NCBI GenBank assembly: GCA_030141605.1
Contig: JAQGDQ010000980.1
Span: 9,640 to 73,639 of the forward strand
Direction: 5' to 3'
DNA: 64,000 nt
Source of the DNA: Tubiluchus corallicola
Taxonomy: Eukaryota; Animalia; Priapulida
Part shown: positions 1-16,079 of the stretch, piece after piece
How positions within the stretch are numbered: the first letter of the stretch is position 1
How the letters are laid out: the number at the start of each line of letters is the position of its first letter
The notes under the pieces: generated by a model
Seen by the model: only the letters and a program-made list of their open reading frames with translations
What the model was told of the DNA's origin: nothing
Databases searched by the model: none
Position numbers and translations under genes: made by a program

Positions 1-413
1 AGCCCACTCTTTGTGAGCCCACTCCATAAAAAACGAGTTTTTGTTATTGGCGTGTCTAATTGAAAATATAGCTAAATTATCAAGACTTAGCGTCTTAATT
101 ATTATAAATTATAAACTATTGCCATAGACAGCTTAGCAAACAATTCTTTTTACACATATAAATATCACATGAAAAAAAACTGACACATTACTAACTTTGG
201 TTGACCAGCTAACATCTGAATCAACAAAATCGCACGTGTGTCAGCCGTGTCCAGTTGATTCTAACATCAATACACTTTGCCTGCGTGTCCGAATTTGTAG
301 TTCTAAAAATTTAATCATAACACCATTTGCCCTCAACACTTAAAATTGGTAACAGCTGCCATTCATTTGACAAAAATCACTCATTGTCAAAGAAAAACGA
401 ACACTAGGCTTAC

Positions 414-632
414 CTATAGACAAGGCAATCATAGATTTGTTAGGATTTGGCGTTAGTTTCATCCCGTCCACAATTTTTCGGATGGGATTGTGTGTGTTTC
501 GTGACATGTCAGACGCTGGAATATTCCAGCCAATTCTCTGATGACGTGACTTCATCATCAATGCGTCATCGTAATCATCGACGTCATAAGAATGATCGGG
601 AAGAGAAAATGTTGACATTTTCTTCAGCATCC
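414..632 (-). CDS. TAT: Tyrosine aminotransferase, N-terminal coding exon (gene continues off the left edge)
   Basis: Translation [39 protein letters not shown] matches the animal TAT N-terminal motif (W.[37 protein letters not shown]); bounded by ttttag acceptor (ends 633) and G|gtaagc donor (starts 413). Confidence 0.9.
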
Positions 633-732
633 CTAAAAGCAAAGAGCTCGTCAATATATCAATATTAGTTTAGCAATCATTTTTACATAGTAGTATAATT
701 ATCAAATTTAGAAATTTCAAATCCCTAGAAAG

Positions 733-736
<4 letters not shown>

Positions 737-771
<35 letters not shown>
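737..771. repeat. (TA)n microsatellite
   Basis: Direct reading. Confidence 0.95.
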
Positions 772-773
<2 letters not shown>

Positions 774-3700
774 TGTATATTGCGATATGTTACAATATAT
801 GTTGCAGATGGGTTACATAATTATTTAGCCTGTCTAACTTTGTCAACTTGTAAAATTAATAATTTTCATTTTCGAAATTTCTTACAGATTTGTTAATTTA
901 TACCTAAAAACATTTAATATAATAAATTACAAATTTTAGGTGCGATTTCAGTTAAAATTACGAAAAAAAACTTAGTAATCTTAATTAGTTAATAATGGTC
1001 ATTGAAAAGGAACTAATCCTCAATGTTTTCTTCCTACTAATAGATGGCGCCACATACTTTGCATATTGTACTGCAAACTAATTATAGCTGTATACAGTAG
1101 TAATGCTGACAAATAGACGAAAGGCGAATAAAACCTGACATAAATGTGATAAATTTAACCCAATTCGAAATTTATTTTTTTATTTGCTAATTTCGAACGT
1201 TACCAAAACGTCAGCTAGTTTAAATTCCATTAAATTCCAAAAAACAATTGAGAGCCATTAACAATTCAGAGCCACAGCCAATAATTTCGACTGCTAAATG
1301 TAACAAATAGAAGAAAGACAAAAATGTGATAAATTTAACAACAAGGAGTTGGTAACAATTAGTGTCTTTATCATAATTAGCTCTTTTGAACCGAGCTGAG
1401 GCTACATCAAATTTTTCATTGATATTTATCTATTCAATGAGGACGCGACCTCTTGCTTATTATGGTACTGGAATCTAGCTTATTATTAGTTCTCTAAGAT
1501 GAGATAACAGAGTCGTGGATATAGACCTGAGCTTGATTTAGTCACGTACGCATCTTTTTTGACGAGATGATTGAAATGGGAAGATAAAATGCCTCAGAAA
1601 GGATTTTCTTGGCAGTCATTCATTTAACCGCTAACAAGGACTACCGTTTACGAACACACAAGAAGGTGAAATGGCATGGAAAACATTATTTTGTCATGTC
1701 TGGGTATTGTTGGCACTAAAGATTGAATTTGACGTAAACAGATGGTCGATTTGAAGCGATGTTGGCTGTCACGAATACAATCAAAAGGCACGGTATGTCC
1801 ATGCTACATAGGCCTAAATCAAACACTATTGCTTCTCCTCTCAGAGGCGAGTTTTGTTCCAAGTGGAACAAATTTAGATAAACACATTTGTGGTGAAAAT
1901 GGAAACCATGATTCAATGTTTGAATTCCATTGCGTATACGTAGCTCAGTTTCAAAAGGTTTACTTCGTTTATGAGGCAGTTAATGTTACTAAAACAATGG
2001 TTTTTATTGTTTTGACTGTTCAAACTATGACGTACACAGAATACTATTATTGGATCAGCTCTGTTATTATCGACACATAACTCCAGAATTACACGCCAAC
2101 CCTAAACCTGCTATTATTTACAACGACATTTTTCATAAACTCAGATCAGGTCATCCATCCAGTCATATTCTTTCCGAATTGTTGCAAAACTATATAAAGT
2201 CTACTAAACGTTTTGCTAACTGATTGTACGTGTAATTGTATTTTAAGTTATTATGTAGACTGTCTTTTCAATCAACTACTCATTAATAAACAACTTATGC
2301 TAGCATCAATAATATGTACTGCTGTAATAACTGTAATACTACACTAATTGTATTAATTCCACATGTATAGGATTTCTGAATTAAGAAGTAACATTGTACA
2401 ACTTGTACTTTGCATCGGCTTATAGGCTTATATACTTCGAGAATCGTTTCAGTTATTGTATCTGCGCATGGGTTTTGTAAATTTCAATCAAGTATTAACT
2501 AATGAACTAGTCGTATTTTTGAATGAACTAATTTGAGTTATTACGTACTCGAACTAACTAGTCGTATATTTCTTCACTGCACATAGTGGAAATACTGTGA
2601 TCAGTAATGGTTACTGTGTTGTAAATCCACTCAAAATAAACAAAATAAAGTTTATACATATAACAATAGTCAGGTATTATTCCTCATTGCAGTCTTGCAT
2701 AGTTTTCCGACAGAAATGGCGTACTCAAGTTGAGTAACTCAACAGCTCTGCTTTGTATATGTTAATTGACTTAATTTAAAAAATCAGTTGCCTTACACAG
2801 ACACCTTCATTTCCATAAACGCTACTTGTTGGATGTTTATTCTTTAAATATCCTTAACACTCATATTTAAAAATCTGATCTGGAATACCTTGATAATCAT
2901 CTTAGGTCGTCCATGTTGAGTGACGGGGAGTCTCAGCTTTAAGATACTCATTTTCAGTACGTAGGATTTCATTTTTTGCATAATAAGGGCATGAAATTTA
3001 TTCATTTTAGTGCTTAACAAGTAATTAACTAGCTCGTTTTTGAGACATTCAGTGAAATCAGTGTCTGTATATAATTTTATAATTGTAAATTGTATATAGG
3101 GGTAATTTTAAAAGCATTAGTTTACATATGGCGATATATGGATAAAATACACACATATTTTAAATTTTGCAGATACAACTTCCTAACATGCAAAACTGTC
3201 ACAGTTCTATGAGCGATAACTATTAATCGTTGCAAAGTACTGGTGAAAATTGCTGGGTCAGTGGAGTGGATATAATCGTTTGTCAAATTACTACACAAAT
3301 GAGCATAATTCCGGAATCTTAAGATGATTGGTGACACGTGTTCCCAAAGCTTAACCTAGATGTAAATTTACTCATGTAAAGGATACTCAAGGATGTAAGG
3401 ATACTCAAGGATACATTTTGAGTAAGTTTACAGGATACAACATCAAGGATACAGTTTACTCAAGGATACATTTTGAGTAACTTACTTACTCATTTTCATA
3501 ACATACACACTTTTTATAGTATCTCATCAAACTTCCAAAGTAGGAAAAGTTGTAAAAAGATTGAATGAAAAAAGTTATTTTCTCCACACCCTAGTGTACA
3601 TGTATATTTTGTAACTATCAGCAAACCAGGATACATTATTGAAGGATTTATTTTGAGTAACTTACTTACACATTTTCATAACATACACACATTGTCATTC

Positions 3701-4716
3701 ACGTCGTCTCGAAACACAGGACACTCGTTATTAGAATATCCAATTTTTGGGTAGCAAACTATTTTCTTTCAGGTAAAAAATACATATCTTTAGTTTCTAG
3801 TTCACATACGTTGGTTGTAAAAATTTGAAATCATGAATTATGACCATCCCAATGAATTATGAGTATAGTGGTTAAAAATTTAATTTATTGATAATTTTAG
3901 ATTCATCTTAATTTGTGAACTTCCAGTCTTGTGCTGATTAGCAAAATTTATTTCACACAAAGGGCATGCAGGTGTTGCAAATTGTAGTCAAGCAATTAAA
4001 ATCCTGACAGTAAAATCTTGTTGTTTTGACTGGTGCACTTTAGCGTGATACTCCAATTAGGAATCGTAAAGTTGGCTGTACAAGCGTCTGTCATTATCCT
4101 TTGTTACAGTGAAAGTAAAATTAAATTTAGGGTAAATCACAGCTTGAGTAAAAACGGAAGCGAATTTCTTGAAAACCGTGTCTCATTAGCGGTCCAGTCT
4201 CTAAGTGTAAAGTGTTGAATTAACTGCCACTGTGACTAACGTCATACTGTAGTGGTAAGGAATTTATGGAGACTATACTCGTGGAACATCTGATTTGATT
4301 AATGATTGTAAGACCCATTAGATTAAGAGTCAGGGTTAGATTCTCGAGGACTATAGGCGTAAGTATGGCTTAGATCCGCCCGACGATAGTTGCCTGCTTC
4401 AGCTATGTACCTGCTCTGACAAAATTGGACCAGCCACTGAGCCTATCTTGCCAGGCATTCGAAAAGCCTTTGTAAGTTGTGTAAGGTGGAAATTTACAAT
4501 TTTCGTTAAGATACACACCATCCACACCTAAGCTCTTCGTTCTTAGCAACACGTTTTCGGCAACCAATAACAGTCATGTCATAGTAGTAGTATGTCATTA
4601 TTAGGAATTTGCTCGAGTATCAATTTGACTTAGGACACTCGATTTGAGTAACCAGAGTAGCATGTTGAGTAGCTAAAGTTTACAGTAACACAGCAAGGCA
4701 ATTGGGATAAGCAAAC

Positions 4717-5490
<774 letters not shown>

Positions 5491-6408
5491 TCTGTTGTTT
5501 TTGTAGTTTTTTTTGGTTTAATTACTTGCAGACGGTTGAACAACTAAGCGGTAACAAGAAAACAAATGAAAATCTCATTTTACGAGCGTCGAGATAATAG
5601 ATTCGGTTTTTATGTACAAGCTGAATTACTTAAAATGAGCATCCGTCAGTTAAATTTTATACGTATTATTATTGAATGGGGTGGGGGGGGTACATGGGCT
5701 GGGATGAGAAACTTGTGAAACTGTCTACGAAATTTTTAGTGCGAATTTAGAATTTAGAATTTTGTTTGCAATTCAGTAGATAAAAATGTTACAATAAACG
5801 ACCTGCAAACATGAATGCAGGTGCAGAAAAAATACATGCAGAAAGGCATAGATACGTGAGAATAAGGACACGACAGTTGAAAAGAGTGACCCAGATTTCT
5901 TTTCTGTCTTGCCTTGACAAAGGGTTAGAAGTAAAATGAGAGGAGGAAAAGGAGAGGAAGAGTAAGAAACGAGTTTGGCGACGTACAGAACAACATCTTG
6001 CGAACATTGTAAAGATTTTAAAGCTCCAATGTACGTCGTTTGTCTATTGCGCAGTTTGTCGTTTACCACGCACTATAAATAACATTTGCATCGTATGATT
6101 CTCAAGGCTACGAGTCGTTGGAAATCCGCCAAAAACTGCAATCTTAATCACTTTGTTGCAGTCATTAAACATGCTGCAAATATGGAAACCATCACAGTAA
6201 CGGCGCTGCAAAGTTTGCATTTTTAACCACTTGTTTGGCAAGTAGCGAACAAATCAACTTGCCAATGTGGAACCGCATGCAAAAGTTTTAACCTTGATTA
6301 ATTTCTAGTCATAAAATCAATGTTGAGCAAACAATTTTAGCACATATGGTGCATTCAATCTTTAATTCTCGTTTTATGGTTAAAAAACAGATCTATACAT
6401 TCGCCAAG

Positions 6409-6861
<453 letters not shown>

Positions 6862-7681
6862 TCGCCAAGCACCTCTAACGGTTTTACACTTGCAATGTGT
6901 TTATTCAGAATTTGATTATTAGTTAATTACAAAGAATCTTAATTGCAAGATGCTCCAGTTAATGACTAATTAACTACAATTTCTCAGCTTTTGGAAAGAA
7001 ACTATCGACAGGAGAAAGAAACGTGAAATAATTGGGCCTGCATACGATCAAGGGAGTCGTCCATAAGCTCAAACTCAGCATCTAGACCAGTATAGACCAT
7101 TGCGCCCCTTGTGAACAAGACAGTTGGGATTCTGTTTTAACGGATCACAACTTAGAATTTCATTTAGGAGCGGTTCTACTACTAGACAAACTAGGCAGTT
7201 GCCTAGGGCGCCAATTTATTTGGGCGGGGGGGCGCATTCTGAAATTGTTTAATTTTTAACTTTAGCTTTAGCATAAGTAATAACATACTATAATTATGTG
7301 TAGTTGCTTAAATGCATAACACTTTAATTTAATGAAATAAACTCTTGCGTTTTTGTACCTGTCAAAATATACGTGATTTAGCCAAGCGAACACTAAGAGC
7401 TCTCTTCCCTCAGCAAAACACTTTCTAGTTTTGCTTTACCTGGCTTCCTAAGATGACGTCATTGTATGCAGATATGTATGAAGAATCAAAGCCTTCAGAA
7501 GGGTAAGACGGGAAAGGAAGATAAAAACATTCGCCAATGATCTCCTTGCAACGAGAGTTATGACTGTAAAGATGATGAAACTAGTGAATCGGTATTTATA
7601 TGAAAAAGAGGAGTTATAACAATTTACTCATTAAAACATTATCATAATTAAGAGAGCAAGCACAGAAGGAACCAATTACAG

Positions 7682-8190
7682 CAGGGGTGTGCCAATTGTC
7701 TGACTAGCCGGGCCACATTAAACTTTCCTGCAATTCCTGCGGGCCACAGGCAGTTTGATCAAGGAACCAAGTACAGAAAGGCCTAATAACGATTTTTTTG
7801 CATCCGATCTGCGTACATCATTACTACTGCACTACTACACTCATGAAACTATTTTAGAAGCTATTAAAATTTATATTACAAACCATATATTTCTACTTTC
7901 AGGACAGATAGTGGTAATTTCATTACAATGCATATTAGTAATGTGTATCACACAGTCTGTGTAGTACAGTGACATTAAGCTACAACCGTCTTGTAAGGGT
8001 TAATGGCATCCGATCTAGTAGAAAAAACTACCCGCACTATCTTTGGGATCGTGGCACGGACTTCAGCTGGGTACACTCAATTAATCTCTCGGGCTGCACT
8101 TTCATTAGGTTTCACAAATCTCTTCGCGGGCCGCACAAATTCTCTCGGCGGGCCGCAAGTGGCCCGCGGGCCGCAATTTGCACACCCCTG
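7682..8190. mobile_element. hAT (Charlie-like) MITE
   Basis: TIR CAGGGGTGTGC(C/A)AATTG; 8-bp TSD AATTACAG at 7674-7681 and 8191-8198; GC-rich GCGGGCCGC subterminal motifs. Confidence 0.9.
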
Positions 8191-10504
8191 AATTACAGTA
8201 TAGAGCTGCAAAAAGAGGATAACGCTATTGAGCACTTACGACGAAAGCCAAATTAAAAGCAAATTCATAACACTAAAGAAAAGGAAAAAAATCAAAACGG
8301 AATTTTCAAGATGACGTGCGAAGTGAAATTTTCTGCAGACAAGTTAAAATAGGCAAAAAACGGAGGAAAAGAAGTTAAACAAAGTGGCAACAAAAGCTAA
8401 GAAAAACTGAATGAAACTATGAAAAGTAAGAAGTGATTCATAACAAGAAACCTGATATTATACTGCAAAAAAGATACAAAATATAGAAACAATTATTGTA
8501 ATATATGAGAAATTATACTGTGTATATAACTGTATGGCATGTAATAGATGCAATATGGTTTTTTTTTGTATATTACAAAGATACGTTTCTGTTTGCGTTA
8601 CTTTTTTCCAATGATATACTACTTTAAGAAAATAATAGCGCATTTAAAATAGAAAAACACAATCAAATTATTAACTCAAGCAGTAGTTGTTACGCATATC
8701 GGTAGCAAATCCAACCAACTAAATGACCGACCGACTAACCAGGCAACTTGCTGCATTAATAACCTTGATTTTAGTACGCACTTCAATACTTCTTGTTTAA
8801 CATCACTGTAAGAAATGTTATACTCACAAATTAGAAAAGCAAATTACAGAATCCGTAAATGTAATATTGTAGAATTCACTCTGTATAGTGTCTATGTAAA
8901 ATTGTATAATGTTAGTACAGATATTTTTGACTGCAAAAAGAGGCTTATAAACACTTGTCATCATCATAACCATTCGACCGACTGACCAACCGACCAACAC
9001 CATCTACCAACCAGCTAAGCAACCTACCACTGATGGTGCAAGTTGTTGTTTTATGCAGCAAGTTGCAGTAGATTGTAAAATTGTACGGAATAGGTTACGT
9101 ATTCACATACGAACGTGCCCAAAACACCTCGATGTGCGATATTTGCTGCTGCAACACTTGTTGCAAATGCAATCAAGTTTTGAATTTGTATCAGGTTCCA
9201 GTTCTTCCACAAGACTGCTAAGTTGCTTGTCTAATGTCATAATTCACGGATCAATAAATTTCTAATTACAGAAACATTTTTGCGCCAGTGCACCTTAGTG
9301 CAGGCATCTGTTCAATGTGAACCAGCCATAAGAACCTACCTATATGTCAGTTAGCGTTGCAACAAATTCATAAATTTCTTGCTGAAGTGATACTTCATTA
9401 CAACAAGCTCAAATACTTTGCCAGGCAAAGTGTTCGTTTAGTTTATCTATCGTAAATAAGTATCGAAAATTAAGCCGCCACATATAGGCTTATCAAAATA
9501 AAGTTGATCTGTTTTTTTCAAAAGCATTTTATATGCAAGAACATTTTGAACAGTGATGCAAACTTTACTTCTGTAATTAGACGTCATTGGCGCAGTTTAT
9601 TATATCGTTAATTGTTATTTGTGTTATTGTTGTGTGTCATGATTTATTGTATTATTTGTATTAATTTGTGATGTGTATATGAACTTTGTAAAGTTTGAAA
9701 TAAAATATTAAATCTAAAATCTAAATTATTTATAATGATTAAAAGTCAACAATTTTTCTATAAATACAAAATATATGTAAATACAAATATATATATATAT
9801 ATATCACGCATGGGTAGTTTATTTTCGTTCAAGCAATAGGGAATTCCTACTAAACTTGATAAATTCCTTGAAAACGTAGGAATAGGAAAGGAATGCAGAA
9901 TAGAAAAGAATAAATTACAGACAAAATTAATAGCACGCAGCGTCTAGTAAATCAACGGTTTTTTTTAGGAATAATAATCCTGCTATATACTGTAGCAATA
10001 GCGATTACAACAGTGAAAATTCATAAAAAAATGTTTGGAATCGAGCAAGACTGTAAGGATTCATTCGAAAAAATGCCCTCCTCTGGCAGGCCATTTTATT
10101 AGCGTAACTACATAACGCGCATGCGCAAATGTAGGAAAAAAGACCTTGCCTTCTCGCTCAACTGTTCCCGAAAACGCCGTGGAATGTAGGTCAAGAATCT
10201 TCTAGCAGAGATGGCAAATACAGTTTGTTTAGATGCAAATGTCATCACTGGGAAGCGACCCTCATTTTGCTTTCATCTCAAAAAATCCGTTTTAGAGGGA
10301 GGAAATGACAATTTTAAAATGAAATTTGCGACCCGAAAGCTGGTAAACGTATTGTACAGCTTGTAGTCTGCTCTTGCGTATTTTCAGATGCTGAGAACAG
10401 CTGAGGGTCACATGCGCGCCCAGTCTGTGATATTCTTTTCGGCTGCTTCTTTCAGAGAGGGTATATTCACAATCGTGTACACCTCTACTAGGCCCCACCA
10501 TTAA

Positions 10505-11052
10505 AGGAAAATCGGTCGATTGTTTAGACTCAATCTCATTTTAATTTACTGTCTAAAATATACATTTTCTTGTCTATAAAAGTTAACAATTGTTTCTTAT
10601 ATTTGAATATTTAGCTTAGAAAGTTAATTAACGGCAACCGAACACAGCTATTGCTTACGTCAGAAACTAACCACAGTTTGTGCAATAACAGGCATCTTCC
10701 TTTGCGTGTCAAACATTTTTGTGTAAGTGTTACTGTAGTGTTTAAACGCGCGGTCTTACGAAAATGGGCTTTCCATCATATAACGTCAGAAACTAACACT
10801 GCAGTTCATGATCATGCTTATCACGGTACCCCCTTCTATTTGTCGGCCACGCGAATGTGACAAAAAGGCGCCGCTGCCAATCTTAGTAGATTCACTGAAC
10901 CGCGCGTAGCTTTGAAAGTTTAACAAAAATTGAGCAACCGAGGTAATTATTATTTAATTTAAACTTTAATGTAAAAAAAGTTATTGTAGTTTTCAATATT
11001 TTAGAGCATTCTTTATTCTGAACTAATGTTTACACAATTGTCCGGTTTTCCT
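10505..11052. mobile_element. TTAA-flanked MITE, Kolobok-like family A, copy 1
   Basis: Imperfect ~24-bp TIR AGGAAAA(T/C)CGG..ATTGT; flanked by TTAA and TTAG; second copy at 19847-20432. Confidence 0.75.
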
Positions 11053-11455
11053 TTAGGTGATGGACACCAATTTGCAGACAGGCAAATTGTACAGAAAAAA
11101 AGTTAAGAAAGTTGGTAATCTTAAATTTATTAAACTGGAATTACAAATCATGCTTTTGTACATGCTTTGTACATGCTTTACAAGATCTAGGGTGAAAACC
11201 TGCTGTTATACATAAACGGGCCAACGATCACATTGATCACATGCAATAATTGTGAAGTCAGCAGTTTAAGTAAAAAAAAACAATTTATGAACTAAAAGTA
11301 AGTAAGTTTAAACATATGTAGCATTTGACAACTTCTAACAAGTTCTTTAGGGTTTAATTACGTACCTTTGGTTCTACTGTTTTGTCATTATCTTGTACAT
11401 AAGGCTGTTTTCAGAATTCTTTATATATTTTATTTTGCATAATTTTGTTAATATT

Positions 11456-11770
11456 ATATAAAACTACCAATTTTAGACCTATATAAAACTACCAATTTTA
11501 GACCTATATAAAACTACCGATTTTAGACCTATATAAAACTACCAATGTTAGGCCTATATAAAACTGCCAACTTTAGACCTATATAAAACTACCGATTTTA
11601 GACCTATGTAAAACTACCAATTTTAGACCTATATAAAACTACCGATTTTAGACCTATATAAAACTACCAATGTTAGGCCTATATAAAACTACCAATTTTA
11701 GACCTATATAAAACTACCAATGTTAGGCCTATATAAAACTACCAATGTTAGACCTATATAAACCTACCAT
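11456..11770. repeat. 25-bp minisatellite (TATATAAAACTACCAATTTTAGACC), ~12 copies
   Basis: Direct reading, period 25. Confidence 0.93.
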
Positions 11771-12167
11771 ATTTTTAAACCAAGTAAGTAAACATAGGTT
11801 AGGTTTACTTGTGTATGTACTTTACGCTACACAAAAATTATAAAACGCTATACACTAATCACGTTCCATTAAAATGGTACTGAGATGTGACTATACGGTT
11901 TTCGTGTTGCTTGTAACTATTTGTTTAAATTCTGGCTTTCAAATCTGTAAAGAAAGGTCCTTGCCACGATGGTTTATTTCTGCTGCTGTGCGCAATAATG
12001 AAGTTCCCGACGATAACCAGTTTACAAACGTTTTTCAACTGAGAAAAGTTTGATTTCATTTGACAAGAACGAAACGAAGATGTTAGTATTTTATCTTGTA
12101 ATCGGGTTCCAATTTCGAGTAAATAAATCGACTTGAAGTTGCAGTTTCCGAGTCACTAATCAAAAGC

Positions 12168-12682
12168 ATGTTATGTTCTGTTACGTTACGTTACGTTACG
12201 TCACGTTACGTTATGCCATGTCATGTCATGTCATGTCATGCTATGCTATGCTATGCTATGCTATGCTATGCTATGCTATGTTATGTTATGTTATGTTATG
12301 TTATGTTATGTTATGTTATGTTATGTTATGTTATGTTATGTTATGTTATGTTATGTTATGTTATGTTATGTTATGTTATGTTATGTTATGTTATGTTATG
12401 TTATGTTATGTTATGTTATGTTATGTTATGTTATGTTATGTTATGTTATGTTATGTTATGTTATGTTATGTTATGTTATGTTATGTTATATTATGTTATG
12501 TTATGCTACGCTACGCTACGCTACGCTACGTTACGCTATGCTATGCTATGTTACGTTATGTTGTGTTCCGTTGCGCTACGTTACGTTGCGTTATGTTACG
12601 TTATGTTATGTTATGTTATGCTATGTTATGTTATGTTGTGCTATGTTATGCTACGCTATATTATGTTATTTTATTTTATTTT
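12168..12682. repeat. Pentanucleotide (TATGT)n family microsatellite
   Basis: Direct reading with TATGC/TACGT/TACGC variants at the edges. Confidence 0.96.
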
Positions 12683-13125
12683 ATACTAATGAATAACTCT
12701 AATGCAATAAAACAATATACCAATAAAAAGTAGTCAATAGTTTAATAAGAATGCAGCTGTTATCTAAAGGAACTAAATTCTTTGAAGAATAAACATTAGG
12801 AGTAGTTTATCATAAAGATTGAATGTGACTGTTGACATAATTAAAGCATTTTTATACCTATCAATCGGTGAAGATCTAGCGCATCTCATGCTTCAAAAAC
12901 TTCTATGGCGCTTCCTAATTGGTCTTACAAACAATGTCTACAGGCATCTCAAACCAATTTGTAAATTAAAACTAACGAAATACTATCACTTCAAGTTCAG
13001 CACGAAGAAAAAGTGATTACACTTGATAATATTCCACAAATATTGAAAACCGACATTAATTCAACGTTTAACTCAACGTTACTTCAAGTAGAAGAAGAAA
13101 AGGAATGAAAATAGTTCCAACTCAC

Positions 13126-13153
13126 CCTCTGGTACGCTTGTAAGTCGCATCAT
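13126..13153 (-). CDS. TAT: Probable first coding exon of TAT (MMRLTSVPE-G)
   Basis: cgtcaaaATG start context, GAGG|gtgagt consensus donor, phase 1 joins in frame to ag|GG ATG at 632; TAATAAA (~13360) lies ~31 nt upstream of a GCAGTT Inr-like site (~13329). Confidence 0.5.
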
Positions 13154-14096
13154 TTTGACGTTTTGGTTTCTGTCCAAAGTATCCACTCAAAACTTTGTTA
13201 TTCTTTCACTCTTAGTCAAATGTACAAAAGCTCTTTGTAGTTCAACAGTTTAGACCTCACTTTTGATAAGTGAGTTTGACGATGAAGTATTTTCTTTTCA
13301 TTAAACTTTTTAGACACAAGTGTGAAACTGCACTAGTACACACAAATCCTGTCTTTATTATGAGTTTTGCACCTGGAATAAACAATACGGTTAGAACTGA
13401 TTTAGATCTTTCGCTACACTTCAATAGCTAATGCCTTTATTACATAATGATTTTTGTCATAATGACATTGTCATAATAATTTTGTCATAGACAATTATTT
13501 GCGTCTGCTTGTCTAAACATGCAACGTCTGAGCTAAAATCACTAAACTAGTTCTAAATAATTAAGAAATAAGGAAATTTTAAGCAACGAATTCGAATGTA
13601 AGTGAATTTTAATTTTAATAATGAAAAAATACCGTGAAATTAACACAAAGATGGCTGCGAAAGTAACACACCTGCCAAAGATTAATGTTTGCACTTGCAC
13701 TACCATTCTGCACAGGCTCCAAGTACATGATAAAAGTTGCCCAACCACATTAGTTTAATTAAACGCTCCACTGAGGAAAATTTAAAAGAATATTTTATGG
13801 AAAAAATATTTTAAAATATTAATCTCCCTGCTCAATTGTGCCTCGGTCTGCTGTTATGCTTTACTGCGTGACAAGATTACTGTGTAAGAGGTTCTTTTCT
13901 TGTTTGGGGTAGAGTACACGCAATTTCTTTCAGAAGAAGGTGTGTAAAATTTAACACCTTTGCAAAGTTCAAGGTAATAGCACACAAAGCCATTAATGTG
14001 CATCTTATGATCAGTAATTAATGAAGAACTTGAACACAGTCAATATAAACTAAGAAAGTGTTCAATTCAACTGCAGCTTAGCACTCAATATGTTAA

Positions 14097-14711
14097 CCCT
14101 TATAGGGTCACGATTTTTTACAACCGATTTTGGTAACCGGGGGTAAAAATTACCCCCACAATAATTCGTAAATTACTTTTGATAAACCGCGGTGTTTCAT
14201 TAGTAAACAGGAACAGCATAATTTGTGGTTATGCTGACCACCATAGGATACATTATACCTCTGCTTAAAGACGTGTGACTTACTAGTAATACGAAATTTA
14301 AATTCGCTTAGTTACGTTCCCTTATCTATGCTGGAATAACTGTAGACAACCGACATTGCTAGCGCGTGTGCAAAAATCATTGTTATTTTGAATTTATTGT
14401 CTACTACTTTCTTCTTTTAGGTGGAGTAATTTGAGTAACTGACATTTTGTTTTATCAGATACATCGCCCGTATGATGTATAGACAAGCAAAATAAAGTTT
14501 CGACAATTTTAAAAAAATCGACATATTGCATTTTCACTTTTTTTTCGTGGTGAGACAATGCGCCTAAAATAAATAACTGAAAGTATTTTGTGCACAAAAC
14601 ATATTTAGAAAAAGTCATAGAAAAGGTTTACTGGGATGCGTATGGTAAAAGGGTAAAATGCAAAAAACCGGTCAGGTGGTAATTTTTTACCCCCCGGTGA
14701 CACTATAAGGG
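14097..14711. mobile_element. piggyBac-like MITE
   Basis: TIR CCCTTATAG(G/T)GTCAC, flanked by TTAA (14093-96) and TTAC (14712-15); subterminal IR CCGGGGGTAAAAATTACC; internal part recurs at ~33355-33835 and ~42382-42862. Confidence 0.82.
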
Positions 14712-16079
14712 TTACCGTTAATTCTTTAAATACATATTTTCCCACTTACCATATTACTGGCGGTAAACAGTATTTTTTTATTTACATTAAAAATAAAATA
14801 CATTTAAAGTACATTTACATTTATAAAAAAAAATTATAAAAGAAAATGGCAACAGGAACATTGGAGTTATGCTAGTCATTTAATACAATATAAAGTAATT
14901 TAGCAATACATTTACAATCACAGTTATAAAACAATAACAAACGGACATTGAAAAATTTATCATAAAAAGAGAAAAAACTTAAAAACCTTAAAAGAAACTT
15001 AAACCAGAGTGATGCTACATACAGTAAAGAAAATATGGCTACACAAAACGATTAAAATAGCAGTAGCTTAAAAAAATTGCAGCTTGTTAGTTTGCTGTTG
15101 AAAGTAGAACTGCTTTCTCGCGCAGGAAGCAAAATAATAAGACAGATTTGTGAATCGGAGTGAAGAAAGATTGGCTTAGATTTTTGATGTCTTAATATCT
15201 TGCTTATTATTGTAGGCAAGAAGAAAAACTAGTTCTATTGCTAGAATCTGCTTACCTGCGTGGTAAAAACACTGTACAAGGTCATCAAACGTCGGAGAGT
15301 GCCAAAAAATGTAAGAGTTTGTGTGTGCAGCGTATGGACACAACGCAAAACATGAGGATAAACAACCTTGGAAGCCAAACGTCTGATGGAGGAACACATG
15401 TTTTGCAACATGTGATGCTGCGTATCTGTGGGTGTGACATTCAATCTGCGATCTGATTGGTCGACGTTTGATGCTGTAACCTTGACGTCATCGATGTTTC
15501 TCGAGCTATCCGGTTTGTCTCGTGAGCAAAGTGGAGCACTCGATGTCCATCTGTTGGCTTCCCCAGAGAAAAAATGCCAAAAACTAGGAATGAGTGACCT
15601 CATTTATTAAAGTTGCCTGCTACTTCCGCTACTTCATACATTTTAGTTTTGGAGTTATTATGAATTAGTTAAACATGTAAAGTAAATACTGACCAATTTA
15701 AAACTATTATCGATATGACAGAAGAGCTTATTAAAGTTACATATCGGTTCTTTAAACGTTGGTCTAATAAGTGGACACGTAGATTGCATGTATTTGATGC
15801 ACTGTCACTGTAAAATATGGTTATCTGATATCTGTTAGTGTCCTGGCTTTGTATTAAAGCAACAACTCATTTGTAAGGTGTGTCTAGCAGGTTTTTTCTG
15901 AGGCAATGGCTGTGAAACATGTTTACATAGAAAAGCAGCTAATTACCAAAACTCGGCTAATAGCATGCAATTATACTGCTAATACTATACTCGTTTTTTA
16001 CATAGACTTTATGTTCATTCATTCATTTTTTTCTTTCGCTCACTCGTTCATTCGCTCATTTATCTATCCAACCCGCTGT

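Noticed and set aside
7165-7560. Possible hAT/Tip100-like left end with a decayed transposase start
   Set aside because: Only a CTAGGCAGTTGCCTAG hairpin and weak peptide resemblance; no matching right end or TSD found.
14394-14618. 74-aa ORF present three times (14394, 33539, 42566)
   Set aside because: Lies within the piggyBac-like MITE; conservation reflects recent copies, and no domain is recognisable.
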